From: Eledone cirrhosa
Taxonomy: Eukaryota
Assembly: GCA_964016885.1 (NCBI GenBank)
Contig: OZ024749.1
Location: 43,400,001 to 43,464,000 of the forward strand
Reading direction: 5' to 3'
Length of the DNA stretch: 64,000 bases
Made by a program: the position numbers and the translations under genes. Below, in pieces: positions 12,096 through 25,935 of this stretch (the stretch's first letter is position 1; each line of letters starts with the position of its first letter). The notes under the pieces are model-generated. The model saw only the letters and a list, made by a program, of their open reading frames with translations, was not told where the DNA came from and made no database searches.

Positions 12096-12631
12096 ATAAA
12101 AAAAGTAATAATAATAAATAGTAATGTACATTTATATATATGCACATGCATATATATAAATGTACATACCTATACATACATATTTATACAAAAATACATA
12201 CATACATACATACATACATCCAAGTATCTGAGTTGGAGAGACAGAGGGGAGAAAGGGATAGAGGGATAGAGAGAGAGATAGTGAGAGTGCGAGTGAGATA
12301 GAGAAATAGAGAGATAAGTAGAGAGGTGAGACGGAGGAAGGAGAGATAGTTGACCAGAGTGGAATGTTGGTGCAGATTTCTATTTTGTAATTCAGTCTTT
12401 TTATCCTATATTAAAGATAAACTATTCCTTTAATCTTCAATTTTATTGAATTCTTTTATTATTTCATAACATTTAATCTTAAAAGGTTAACAGGAACACT
12501 TTATTCCATTGATCTTGTTCTTTATTTGAAGAATTAAATGAGTCCAATAGATACAGAGGTAAAGTGTAAAATATTGAGGGGAAGGTACGAGGTATAATAA
12601 ACACACTTTATTTACATATATATATATATAC

Positions 12632-12735
<104 letters not shown>

Positions 12736-12840
12736 ATATATATATAATAAAAAATGTGAGGGCGTAACTGTTGCTAGGCATGCTTGCATATATGAGTATG
12801 CATATATATATATATATACAGGTATATATGTCTATATATA

Positions 12841-12871
<31 letters not shown>

Positions 12872-12974
12872 ATGCATATATGTATGTCCGTATGTGTCTG
12901 TAAGTATATGAGTATAGGTATTCAAACATGCATTCATACATAAGTATGCATATATTTATACATATATATATGTG

Positions 12975-13025
<51 letters not shown>

Positions 13026-13280
13026 TTAGCAGTTAGATAAATACAATACCGCGAAATTCTACATGTGTATTTCAAAAGAAGTGCCTTTTATTAAAGGAAT
13101 TACAAATAAATATTTTTATTACGTACAAACATCTTTGTAGCCATATCGTAACGTATATATTGGAATGCCTGTTGACGTCCATCTTTATATCGAGTATATT
13201 GAATGATTGAATGTAAATACCGGTGAATATTAAAATATCAAAACCAGCAACAAAGAGTGTAAGAGAAGACGTTATACATA

Positions 13281-13311
<31 letters not shown>

Positions 13312-13364
13312 TCATCTGTGTGTGTGCATGTATGTATGTATATATATATATATATATATGTATG

Positions 13365-13395
<31 letters not shown>

Positions 13396-13498
13396 ATATA
13401 TATGTATGTATGTATACATATATTATAACTAGAATTCAATGTAATGAAAAGTTATATTCATGTATGCATTCCAAATTTATGAAGCTATGTGTGATATG

Positions 13499-13590
<92 letters not shown>

Positions 13591-13618
13591 GAGAGATTGT
13601 AGATGTACATATACATGC

Positions 13619-13698
<80 letters not shown>

Positions 13699-14188
13699 GT
13701 GTGTGTGTGAGTGCGTGAAAAGCTTTCATTAATATGATCAGAATCGTTTGATTTATATTATATATATATTGCTCTATACATATCTATAATGCATTACATT
13801 GATTAGTTTATACATATTCCTAAATATATGAGTTTACAATTCATTCTCTACAAATGATTAATTTTTTTTCCTGGGCAAAAAAAGACACCCACAAACACAT
13901 ACATACATCTATTTCCACATCACTCAACGTTCTTCTCTTTTAATGATATTTAAGCAAGCTAAACTTCATTATGTTTGCTTGGTTCCCAACCTTTTCAGAG
14001 TTATGTTTGCCACGTAGTTCATTTATCATGGCTAACCCAAAGGTAAAAATTATTGTTAGCCTTGCTTCTCATTTAGTTCATATTTCCCCTTGATCATAGC
14101 ATAAATTTATCTACTTCAAGCTTTCATTACTTTCCCCTTTGTCGAGTTGTTTATTTATTTTCTCTTTTCGATTTGTTTTTACGCGTTA

Positions 14189-14239
<51 letters not shown>

Positions 14240-14383
14240 GTATGTTTGTTGTTGTTTGTTGTTGTTTTTTTTCCTAGAATAGTTTTCATGTTATCATTAT
14301 CATTATTATCATTATTATTATTATCACTACCATTATTATTGTTACTGTTATTATTATTACTGTTTTTATCATTTATCATTATT

Positions 14384-14433
<50 letters not shown>

Positions 14434-15567
14434 TATTATTATTATTTATTCCGTTTGACGTTTAGAAACGATGCTCATTAATCCTGACTTGCAATAAATC
14501 CCTCAATAAATGTTCATTTGATCTCGCTCTTTAATTAGTCTCTATACAATATTTGTTACGCTTTCTTAGCAAAGCTGCATTATGGATGCATCCATCCAAC
14601 CATAATTCCCTCCATATATCTATTTCTCTCGCATACTTATCAATATAAAGCTTAGCAAACACTTTATTTTTCTTTGTTCACTTGCTTTCTACTGAATAAT
14701 GATTCCCCCATAAACACTGAATACTGTGCAGAGGCTGTTTTAATATTCCAGGCACGATAAATAACAAGCAAGGAAATTTGGTTCCTGAAAAATCTAATAA
14801 ATCCAAACATAGATCACTTTCTATCAAGACTTACTCATATCTAGATACCCAAGCATATTCTTTAGAAGCATTGCTAACCATTGATCTCTGAGAACTCTTC
14901 TTTAAACTTATGAAAATGCACGGAGTTATTTTTTATGTAATGCTTCCTACTGGTTATAATATGACAGAAGCAACGTTTATCAAGTGGACGGTTAGTGAAT
15001 GACGATCTCATAGATCTCATACATCACTCAATTTCATTGCATTGGATTGATATTAGGCAGTTAATAACAAAAAGGCTGCTACCATAGCTTGTGTTGACAG
15101 TAACATATAAACCCGTAAGGGATATAAATTGTAGACAATTATATACCTCATATAAAATGTTTCGGATAAAAAGATGTAGACAATTATATAACCCACATAA
15201 AAATGTATGCATTGGATATAATTGGAAGCAAAGGTTTAAATGTCACAGCAAATATAATAAAATACACTCCATTGGATACTAACTTCAAATTGATAGTGAC
15301 TAAGTAACTTAATGCTATATTTTCCCTATGCACTAAGTTTATATATATATATGAGAAATGAAGTATAAGCTAGTGGAATGTTGCTGTTAATTATTCTACC
15401 AACAATGATTTGTAGAGTCGAACAGAATTGAATGTTAAAACTGAAGAGACGAAACCAATTATGGCAATAGTCAGTGAAATAATGAAGTAAAAAAAAAAAA
15501 GAACTATGGCATTAAACTTATCGGAAGGATATTAAATCAATATTAGGATTTTCTCAACAGAAGATCA

Positions 15568-15858
15568 GAGCGGCGAATTGGCAAAGTCAATAGATAGAAT
15601 GCATTGGAGGATTCGTTCCATGTTTCTGCTCTCTAAGTTTAAATCACGCCAAAGTCAAAGTCACCTTTCAACCATTCGAGGTCGATAAAAAAAGTACCAG
15701 TCTAGTACTGAGGTTGATTCTTCCACTTTATCTCTGTCTGTCTTCCTTTCTGAAAGAAATCTGCTGTTTTCCTCGTTAGGAAGTTGGCCCTGTCAGATTT
15801 AAAAAATGCTCAAGAAACGCCGTATATCAATATGGATGCCCAACAAATCCATCAGAAG
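15568..15858 (+). mobile_element. Old SINE with family A head/core and a different 3' tail
   Basis: GCGGCGAATTGGCA head and CGAGGTCGATAAAAAAAGTACCAG core, then a tail shared with 20190-20460. Confidence 0.65.
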
Positions 15859-16710
15859 GTTTGAGTCCATACGTACATACATGTAAACATTTTTTTCATT
15901 TAAATATGTAAATTTTTCCCATTTAAATATGTAAATAAGATGGTTCTGTGAATAGTATTAAAATAAACCTGAATTTTAAGCTGAAAATGTCAAGTTGATT
16001 TTCCGATATTGTAAATATTAAACTAATCCTACAAGATATAGTTTTGTAATAATCTAGTTTGGGATTAATCTAGCCCTTTCAGATATTGATATAAAGCCTT
16101 TATTCTTCAAATGATGCGTTACATACTGCTATATAGAAACGATCGAATGTGAGCTATAAAAATATAGTCCACTTTTACAAGAGTCATATGATTTCATTTA
16201 CATTAGAACAGGTAATCATGCTTAAAAACTAATGAGATATTTTAATTTATTGCAATGCTATTAAACATTAACAAGGAACCGTTATTTTTCTATGCTTGTC
16301 AATATGTCTTCCATAATTGAATTCAATAAATTACTGCGCCCCTTAATCCACACATTCACCAAGCAAATCCTTCCGAATTATATTTGTATTTATTATTGCA
16401 CTGAGTCATAATTAATACAGAGATTAATTCTGATGTCAGTGTCTGTATATTGATTTCGAATCACGAATATAAATGCCTCGAATTGTTATATTTCTTCTAA
16501 TTTCAGAAAACAATGTTTTACATGCTTTGTTTGACATGATTGTACACACAATTAAATACGTCTAAAACACTCTAACACCCTCATAAATAATAGAAAACAC
16601 AATTAAGGAACCTTATAGGTTTTTCTTTTTAGCAGTGTGAGCATCTAGTCAATCGAGCTGTCCGATGGAGGGATAGGATTTCTCCTGAAATCTTCGCCAG
16701 CAACACCTAT

Positions 16711-16764
<54 letters not shown>

Positions 16765-16802
16765 AACAATAAGAATTGCAGGCTTTTTGTACTGAAATGT
16801 AA

Positions 16803-17137
<335 letters not shown>

Positions 17138-18394
17138 CATTTCAGTACTTGTTAAAAGAAATCTGAAGTGGCTTTCAGAAACATGACATATACGGACTGA
17201 AAACGATTACTCACTCAGCATGATAATTTTTAGTCACATTTCTACTCTGACTATTGTGGTTTACTTCTACCGCCTTGTCAATTCCTATTTTCTTTACATA
17301 TATATTAAACATGTTTTGATGCCCATAATTGCATTAATCGTGTCTTTATTTTATACGCCATAGATGCTGCGCTAAAAATATTTTTCACGAAATACTATGC
17401 GCATTTATTTTATTCCCAAACTAATAAGCATGACCGATTTATAATAATTCATTGTTTTAGGTTAGTTTTTTTATGTATATATTAATGTGTTTGTTATTCA
17501 AAACGATTACTAGCTGTCCCTGACAAATCTCATGCATTTTCTACTACATTACAATACATAACTTTCCATATAATATACACACTTTTGGATTGCTGAACAA
17601 TAATTTTGTTTTGAAATTAGATTGTTTGGTTGTTGTTTTTTGTAATAATAAAGGACATAAATCAAATATAATCAAATAAGTCATTGATATAGTAGTAAAC
17701 AGAATCACAAATGGTTATTAACTCACGATGATTCCTATATCATTCCATAAGTGGTTGACAGGATGGTTAGCACGACAGATAAATTACCTTCTGTTATTTG
17801 GTTGGGTATATAAGCGCTCTGATTTCAAATCCCACCGAGCTCGACGCTGCCTGCTGGTGTTCTAGCTGCAAAAATATAAGTTAAGTACTCTATCCTATTT
17901 AATCACCTATATTTCTATTCAAAAATGTGTAGTCTTGTGCTTTTGTCAAACAGAAGGCACTATAAATTGATGGTGCAATGGAAGCCGCACATCTACATAT
18001 CGAGATATCATCACAGAGATGATATGAAGTGAACTACACTAAAGTTTACAAAGGGTTATGTGCTGGAATGAAACCCAACAACAGATTAGGTCTACCGTAC
18101 AATTTAAATTTACTCCAGTAGAATCCCACAAATGTATGCAGTTGATGGAAATAATTAATTAGTCCCCAAAGCAATATTACACATAATAGTAACATTAGTC
18201 TTACCAATATAACACTATCTACGTGTACATGTCTACAATTACGATCACCTTGAAGCAACTTTAAGTCAGGTTTTACTCCTCGAGTTTCTATGTACTTACA
18301 AACTTAATTGGGTTTTACTTTCTTATAACTAAAGGCCAAATATCACAAAATTACTTATATATTCTTCTACTCCTTCTTCTCCTCTTAGTACTAC

Positions 18395-18595
18395 TCATCA
18401 TCATCATCATCCAGCAGCCTCAGCCGATATCGACTCAACAATTGATCTCCACGTGGGTCTGTCATTCATTACCGATGCTAAATACAGTATTTCAATGCAA
18501 CAATCTCTGGAAATGACATCTGCGCAGGAGATCTTGTGCCCCTTGTAATTAATGACTGCTTGTGGTTTCCAAAGCACTAATGGGGAGACAACCTC
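18395..18595 (-). mobile_element. 3' end of a non-LTR retrotransposon (RTE-like LINE), 5'-truncated
   Basis: Translates EVVSPLVLWKP...ISCADVISRD...LASVMNDRPTWRSIV-stop, with the DR..WR C-terminal motif of RTE-type ORFs, followed directly by a (TGA)n tail. Confidence 0.7.
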
Positions 18596-18612
18596 AATAA
18601 TAATAATAATGC

Positions 18613-18802
18613 TTTCTGATTTAGGCACAAGGCCAGCAATTTTGAGGGAATGGAAAGTCGATTAATTTCATTACTGGTGCTTTATTTTATTGAACCTGTA
18701 AGGATGAAAGGCAAAGCTAACCTCGGCGCGATTTGAACTCAGACCGTAAAGAGCCGTAACTCTATGCTGCAAAGCATAGTTTTCGACTCGCTACCGATAC
18801 TG
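18613..18802 (-). mobile_element. SINE family A, long variant
   Basis: Reverse-complement match including B-box and core; (TTA)n tail. Confidence 0.88.
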
Positions 18803-18819
18803 AATGATAATAAGAATAA

Positions 18820-19020
18820 TTGTTTCTACTGTAGGCACAAGGCCAGCAATTTGAAAGGGGAGGAGAAAGTGGATTAAATTTTCCCCAGTGCCTTACTGGT
18901 ACTTTATTTTATCGACCCCGTACGGATGAAAGGCAGAGCTAACCTCGGCGGGATTTGAACTCAAAACGTAAAGGGCCAGGCCATAATAACTCTATGTCGC
19001 TTGACGTTCTACTGATACTG
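18820..19020 (-). mobile_element. SINE family A, long variant, tandem with the previous copy
   Basis: Reverse-complement match including B-box and core. Confidence 0.88.
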
Positions 19021-19848
19021 AATAATATTAATAACAATAATAGTAATACTAATAGTGACGTCTCTTTATTAAGAAGAATAGTGTACCACTCCGTCTTTCT
19101 CTCTGTCTCCCCATCTATTCCTGCAACAATTCGTCTTTTGATATTATGCACTTTTATAACTACAATATATTTTGTCGTTAATTTCATCACCTTCTTTTTT
19201 CTGTGGAATTTGATTTATTATTTTTGTTATTTTTTATGTTATATTTGTTTTATTTTTATTTTATATTAATATCATTATTATTATTATTAACTTTCTTTTG
19301 GGGTTTTATTTATTTTTTTATTTTTTTTTGTAGCTGAGGCTTTTTTTTTTTTTCTTCTCCCTACTTTACATTTCCTAACTTATTGCTTCGATTATCCCAA
19401 GTTCAAATTTAATTTACTTTTTCCGCTAAAGTTGAATGAAGAATAATAGGGGAAAAAATTAAAACCGATAAAACGGGCGGAAGAAGGAGAAAGAAAGAAA
19501 GAATAAACGAAGGAAATTAGAAAACATGAAGTGACAGGAAAAGATAACATTTTTGGTTTTTTATGTTAGAAACACTTCCGATGTGATCAATAACAAATCT
19601 TCGGGCTTACTGTTTTATTATTACCAAATTGTAAAACGATGTTGGCGGTAATTATAAGGAAATTAAAAGAGACCACGAGACTAGAGACTAGAAGATATAT
19701 AGGCATTCAGGGTTAGAGACGTATAGATACAAAGACAGCCATTATTAATATGAACATAAAATAAAGAGACAGAACGTATTAAAGAAAGAAAGACAAACCA
19801 GCGTGAGAAAGTAGAGAGAAAGAGAACATATATAAGAATCACACATAC

Positions 19849-19954
<106 letters not shown>

Positions 19955-20024
19955 CAAAATATCAAATAACCTGCAATCGAGAACTATAACACAAGAATGC
20001 AAATAAAGCTACATATAAAAACAA

Positions 20025-20085
<61 letters not shown>

Positions 20086-20139
20086 CACAGCTACACGTAG
20101 GCAGATTCGCAGAAACACACAAACAGACATTCACACACA

Positions 20140-20180
<41 letters not shown>

Positions 20181-20189
20181 GAGAGAGAA

Positions 20190-20460
20190 TGATTTATGCT
20201 ATTCTTTTCGGCTCTCTGAGTTCAAATCACACCGATGTCCTTTGCCTTTCATTCTTTCGAGGTCGATAAGAAAAGTACCAATCTAGTACTGGAGTAGATT
20301 CTTCCTCTATATCTTGTTCTGATTCCCTCTCCCATACTTTCTATCATTTTCTGGAAGAAATATGCCGTACTCAGGCCTGGATAGGAATGGGCTCCGCCAA
20401 GCTTAGAATGCCAAAGAAACACGGTATGTCAATTTGGCGCCCTTACGACTCTATCAGAAG
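20190..20460 (+). mobile_element. Old SINE with family A core and alternative tail
   Basis: CTGAGTTCAAATC and TTTGCCTTTCATTCTTTCGAGGTCGATAA, then CTAGTACTG...ATCAGAAG as in 15568-15858. Confidence 0.65.
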
Positions 20461-20605
20461 TTACAGAACTGTAGATAGTTGAATTCAGACAGCAGAGAGC
20501 CGGAAGGAAAACTAGGTTTAGAAGTGTTTCATCAGGATTCCTGATGAGGATTTCATACGAATGAAACAATTCTAGTCCTATAGAATTCATTTTCATATGT
20601 AATAA

Positions 20606-20782
20606 TTGTTTCTACTTCAGGCACAAGGCCAGCAATTACCCAGGGCATTACTGGTACTTTATTTTATCGACCCCGTAAGGATGAAAGGCAAAGTCAACCT
20701 CGGCGGGATTTGAACTCAGATCGTAAAGGGACGTAACTATGCTGGAAAGCATGGCGTCCGACCCTCTACCGATACTGCCAAT
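20606..20782 (-). mobile_element. SINE family A, young copy
   Basis: Nearly identical to the reverse complement of 498-672. Confidence 0.93.
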
Positions 20783-21270
20783 GATGCCTATACACTATCT
20801 ATCTATTGAGTACTCTATTTAACTGTAGTTATCCTCCGACACCACTCTGGAACCTATATATATATATATAGGATAACAGGGTATCGTTTAAGGTAATCCA
20901 ACAAGAGGTTATGAGGCAATTTCTAGCGATCAGCGGCTTTTAAACTCACCTGATTAATGAAACAATTGTTGATACTGTAAATAAACCCCTTTGTTTGGAC
21001 ACAATATATAAAAGATTAAGTTTAATACATAAGTGATTTCTTCAATCCAACTCCAACTCCCTCTAACCCACAGACACACATACACACATACACACGCACA
21101 TACACCTTTCTCTCTGGCATAAATGGGCCGCTTTCATACCTAGAAAGAGATTAACTCCAGGCTTTTAAAAAAAGCCCTAAACACACCATATAACATGTCA
21201 ACCCCGCCTTACGATTCCATTAGAGATTCGAGCCCAAAGACTGGAAACGATAGTAAGAATGTTCAATGTA

Positions 21271-21465
21271 CGAGGGTCGGCTGAAACGTTCATAGGCTGA
21301 CTATGAAGGAATCATGCTAGAGCTGAGAAATCGTGCATGGATTAATTTCAACTCCTATTAATGACTACATTGTTTCATTCAAGAAACTATGTTGAAAAAT
21401 AAAGCTCATTTAATCAATCCATGAGAGTATCTTTGTAGGTCTATGAACTTTTCAGATGACCCTCG
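21271..21465. mobile_element. mariner-type MITE, about 195 bp
   Basis: TIRs CGAGGGTCGGCTGAAACGTTCATAG / CTATGAACTTTTCAGATGACCCTCG with TA on both sides. Relatives at 21480, 51188 and 58307. Confidence 0.88.
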
Positions 21466-21479
21466 TATATATATATATA

Positions 21480-21800
21480 CGTGGGCTGGCTAAAGAGTTC
21501 ATAGGTTGACTATGAAAGCTTGCATGCATTATTTCCTGCCGAGGTTAACTTTGCCTTACATCATTACGGGATCGATAAAGTAAAGTACCAGTAATGTACT
21601 GGTGAATTACTGGCCTTATGCCAAAAGTAGAAACAATTATTTCCAACACTTCTTAGTAATTAATCGCTGAAATAAACTAACTCAAAATTCTTTGTTCAAT
21701 GCATCAAAGACAACCCACGAAAGTATCTTGTTCATTCAATGACCCTTTCAGAATATCTTGTCCATTGTATGAACCTTTCAGTTGATCCTCTTTTCACTTA
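21480..21800. mobile_element. Second, disrupted copy of the mariner-type MITE
   Basis: Left TIR CGTGGGCTGGCTAAAGAGTTCATAGG; interrupted by a SINE; the right end runs into the 78-bp array. Confidence 0.7.
21537..21635 (+). mobile_element. 5'-truncated SINE family A inserted in the MITE, 9-bp TSD
   Basis: ATTATTTCC at 21528-21536 and 21636-21644. Confidence 0.85.
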
Positions 21801-22819
21801 GGTGACCTTTCATTCTATGACCTTTTCAGAGTATCCTGTTCATTGTATGAACCTTTCAGTTGATCCTCTTTTCACTTAGGTGACCTTTCATTCAATGACC
21901 TTTTTAGAGTATCTTGTCCATTGTATGAACCTTTCAGCTGATCCTCGTTTCACTTTGGTGATCTTTTATTCTATGAACCTTTTAGAGTATCTTGTCCATT
22001 GTATGAACCTTTCAGTTGATCCTCGTTTCACTTTGGTGATCTTTTATTCTATGAACCTTTTAGAGTATCTTGTCCATTGTATGAACCTTTCAGCTGATCC
22101 TCGTTTCACTTAGGTGATCTTTCATTCTATGACCTTTTCAGAGTATCCTCTTCATTGTATGAACCTTACAGTTGATCCGCTTTTCACTTAGGTGACCTTT
22201 CATTCAATGACCTTTTTAGAGTATCTTGTCCATTGTATGAACCTTTCAGCTGATCCTCGTTTCACTTAGGTGATCTTTTATTCTATGAACCTTTTAGAGT
22301 ATCTTGTCCATTGTATGAACCTTTCAGCTGATCCTCGTATCACTTTGGTGATCTTTCATTCTATGCACCTTTTAGAGTATCTTGTCCATTGTATGAACCT
22401 TTCAGCTGATCCTCGTTTCACTTAGGTGATCTTTTATTCTATGAACCTTTTAGAGTATCTTGTCCATTGTATGAACCTTTCAGCTGATCCTCGTATCACT
22501 TTGGTGATCTTTCATTCTATGCACCTTTTAGAGTATCTTGTCCATTGTATGAACCTTTCAGTTGATCCTCGTATCACTTTGGTGATCTTTCATTCTATGC
22601 ACATTTTAGAGTATCTTGTCCATTGTATGAACCTTTCAGCTGATCCTCGTATCACTTTGGTGATCTTTCATTCTATGCACCTTTTAGAGTATCTTGTCCA
22701 TTGTATGAACCTTTCAGTTGATCCTCGTTTCACTTAGGTGATCTTTTATTCTATGCACCTTTTAGAGTATCTTGTCCATTGTATGAACCTTTCAGCTGAT
22801 CCTCGTTTCACTTTGGTGA
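21751..22819. repeat. 78-bp tandem array, 14 units (last one partial)
   Basis: The (G/A)TATC(T/C)T anchor recurs at 21753, 21831, 21909 ... 22767 with exact 78-bp spacing; no unique spacers. Confidence 0.97.
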
Positions 22820-23265
22820 AATTTCAACTTAGAAAACGAAATCAAAATATGACGATACTGAATATTGTAAAACTCTTAGCTCAGCATACTTCCTCTGCAA
22901 CCAAGTCATCTCCATATGAAGTTACAACCACAGTTGGATTGTAATTTCTATTCTAATTAATTACACTTCTATCTTTCTAACATCTGAGAAAGCATTTGTT
23001 TTATTGGAGTTATTACTGATATTACTGATATTACTATTTCATACTGATGTTGTTGTTGTTCTCGTTGATTTTTAACTGATGTTCTTCCTGCTCCTGTTGT
23101 TGACTCATTAAATCTCTAGAGGAGATATATGCCACATTATTGCGACGTGTCAAAACATGAATTTTTTAGATTCATTGGTTAAAGACAAATTATACAGCCA
23201 TGTATTTATGAACCAAACATCAAATGGAATAATTCATGAAGGTGGTCGGTTTACATTTAACATAT

Positions 23266-23316
23266 ATATACATACATACATACATACATACATACATACA
23301 TACATACATACATACA

Positions 23317-23345
<29 letters not shown>
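23266..23345. repeat. (TACA)n microsatellite
   Basis: Pure tetranucleotide run; others at about 34311-34380 and 61826-61910. Confidence 0.95.
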
Positions 23346-23352
<7 letters not shown>

Positions 23353-23532
23353 CAAAGATATATAAATACATACATACATATATACATACATATATACATA
23401 CATATATGCATATATATATATACAAACATATATAAATACATACATATATAGATACATACATACATACATATATGCATACATATATATATATACATATATA
23501 TAGATAGATAGATATATTTATATACATACATA

Positions 23533-23572
<40 letters not shown>

Positions 23573-23683
23573 AACATAAACATATATATATACATATACA
23601 TATACATATATATACACACATTTATATATATATATATGTATATATATAGACATTTATATATATATATATTCACATTTATATTT

Positions 23684-23719
<36 letters not shown>

Positions 23720-24136
23720 TTATATACATTGACTTACTATTATTTAATGATGTATGTTATTTAACCCTCAAACCGAATACTCAACACACAATATCACTAT
23801 TACCTTTTGTCATTCGATAGTAAACAGTGATTAATCGCTGAAATAAAGTACATCAAAAGTTCCTTGTTCAATGCATCAAAGACAAAAAATACGATAGTTA
23901 ATATTCGATTGTAGGAATAAATATTGTGATCGTATTGTCAAGGCATTCCTCTTAACTACTAGAAAACTATAACTGAATTGACTAAATGTTTTAGTGTGAC
24001 TACAGTACATTTGTACACACGGTACTATTCTATTATGTTAAAGATGATTAAGCATAGCTGGTTCCGTTTAATAAAAAAAATCGTATAACTTTGAACTAAA
24101 GCTACGTATGATATACTACGGCACAATATGAGTAAT

Positions 24137-24221
<85 letters not shown>

Positions 24222-24222
<1 letters not shown>

Positions 24223-24472
24223 TAGCAGATTTACCCGGCGTTGCCAAGTGTTTGAAATGCAACAAAGAATAAACATAAAACAAACGATAATATTAGTGAT
24301 TTATCTTCAAATGAATCTGATGTTTATATTTCTGTCAATAAAGTTGGTTATCTCCCTTACATCAATTTTGCTACCGATAATTTTGATATCGATTTTTTAT
24401 TGCTCAACGTGGGTCGATTTTAAAAATGTTTGTGATGTGACAATCTTAGCGACCTGTGCAACGTGCACAGAA

Positions 24473-24475
<3 letters not shown>
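24222..24475 (-). mobile_element. Helitron-like 3' terminus (extent uncertain)
   Basis: Minus strand reads CTTGGC-AAC-GCCGGG hairpin, 8 nt, then CTAG followed by T. Confidence 0.5.
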
Positions 24476-24543
<68 letters not shown>

Positions 24544-24549
24544 GTTTAC

Positions 24550-24627
<78 letters not shown>

Positions 24628-24631
<4 letters not shown>

Positions 24632-25270
24632 GTTTACATATATATATAAAGTCATAAATATATATGTTTTGCAACGGGTCACTTTGTGGCTCAATGAAGA
24701 ATTAATAAATTAAAAATTAAATAATCAGAGCTATATATCATAAAACATGTCTATAGAATCGCCAGATAAAATATATACCGTTTCCTCTCCCAATTAGTAT
24801 AATTAACCATTAAAAAAATCAATTAGACCAAGCTATAAGAATAAAGGCTCCTATGAAGAAATCTCCGACAAATAACCGAAAACAGCCCTTTCGCGGCGGT
24901 TACGACGGGTTATTTATTGAATATTTCTACATCATGTATAAATAGACCAGATATACAGTCAACTAAACAGAATTAGGTGTAAAATAAACTAGAAGAAAGT
25001 GTACACATTTAAAAACCTCTACCATGGTTTCATCCGCATTTTAAGACATCCGATAACATTGGAAATCTAGAGCTTCGGATTCTTCAGGAAGTTAGCTCAA
25101 ATTTAGACAATTAATTTTCCAAAGTGATCGCGCCAAGAGATTTCTTCATAGGAGCCTTTATTCTTATAGCTTGGTCTAATTGATTTTGTATATGGTTAAT
25201 TATACTAATTGGGAGAGGAAACGGTATATATTTTATCTGGCGATTCTATAGACATGTTTTATGATATATA
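24628..25270 (-). mobile_element. Hairpin-plus-tail element family P5 (Penelope-like) with hammerhead
   Basis: 134-bp inverted arms at 24732-24865 and 25137-25270, about 270-bp loop containing a hammerhead, about 100-bp tail to the left, long (TA)n flanks. Confidence 0.8.
25014..25093 (-). ncRNA. Type I hammerhead ribozyme, canonical core, palindromic stem III
   Basis: Minus strand: stem I AACUUC/GAGGUU; CUGAAGA; stem II AUCCG/CGGAU; GAAA; stem III ACCAUGGU; triplet GUA, cut between 25020 and 25019. Confidence 0.85.
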
Positions 25271-25283
25271 TATATATATATAA

Positions 25284-25348
<65 letters not shown>

Positions 25349-25856
25349 TATGTATATGTATATATATATATATATATATGTATATATAAATATATATATA
25401 TATATATATGTGTGTATAATATATATATATATATATGTTATAACCAGCGTAGTATAACTTCTATCGATCTGGTGTTTTTATACACTAAGAATCTATCCGA
25501 TGCTGATCCTCACGTATGGAGGGGTCACTGCTTGAGATGATCAAGTGATATGGTACCTTGACACTTGAACAGAAATGATTAAGTCGGGACCAAACTCTAC
25601 TCCTAGCTCATTTATTGTTCGAAACGCTTTGTCAGTCACTAATTGCTCTAAAGTTGCATTGGCACACTAAAGTCAGCAACTAAATTGAAAAATGGAGTGA
25701 ATAGAATTTTAAAAACAATAAATATATTTCCTTATTCAGCAAAATATTGTAATATGTAGAGAAATAAGACTGAAATTTCTTCTTGGAAAAATAATTTACT
25801 TCTAAATAAAAAGAAGATATGATAGATAATAAATGAAAGAAATAATATTTATTCCA

Positions 25857-25935
25857 TTGGGTCGTCAAGTATGACATTTATATAAATTTGTTTCTTTTTC
25901 AGAAATTTCTACAAATTTCATACTTGATGGCCCCA
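25857..25935. mobile_element. About 80-bp palindromic mariner-type MITE
   Basis: TGGGTCGTCAAGTATGA ... TCATACTTGATGGCCCCA; second copy in opposite orientation at 40830-40908. Confidence 0.75.

Noticed and set aside
21751-22819. CRISPR-like array or repeat-protein gene (ORFs 21880, 22426, 22738)
   Set aside because: No unique spacers and no cas genes in a eukaryotic context. The unit derives from a MITE end, and TTG/TAG variation puts in-frame stops in several units.
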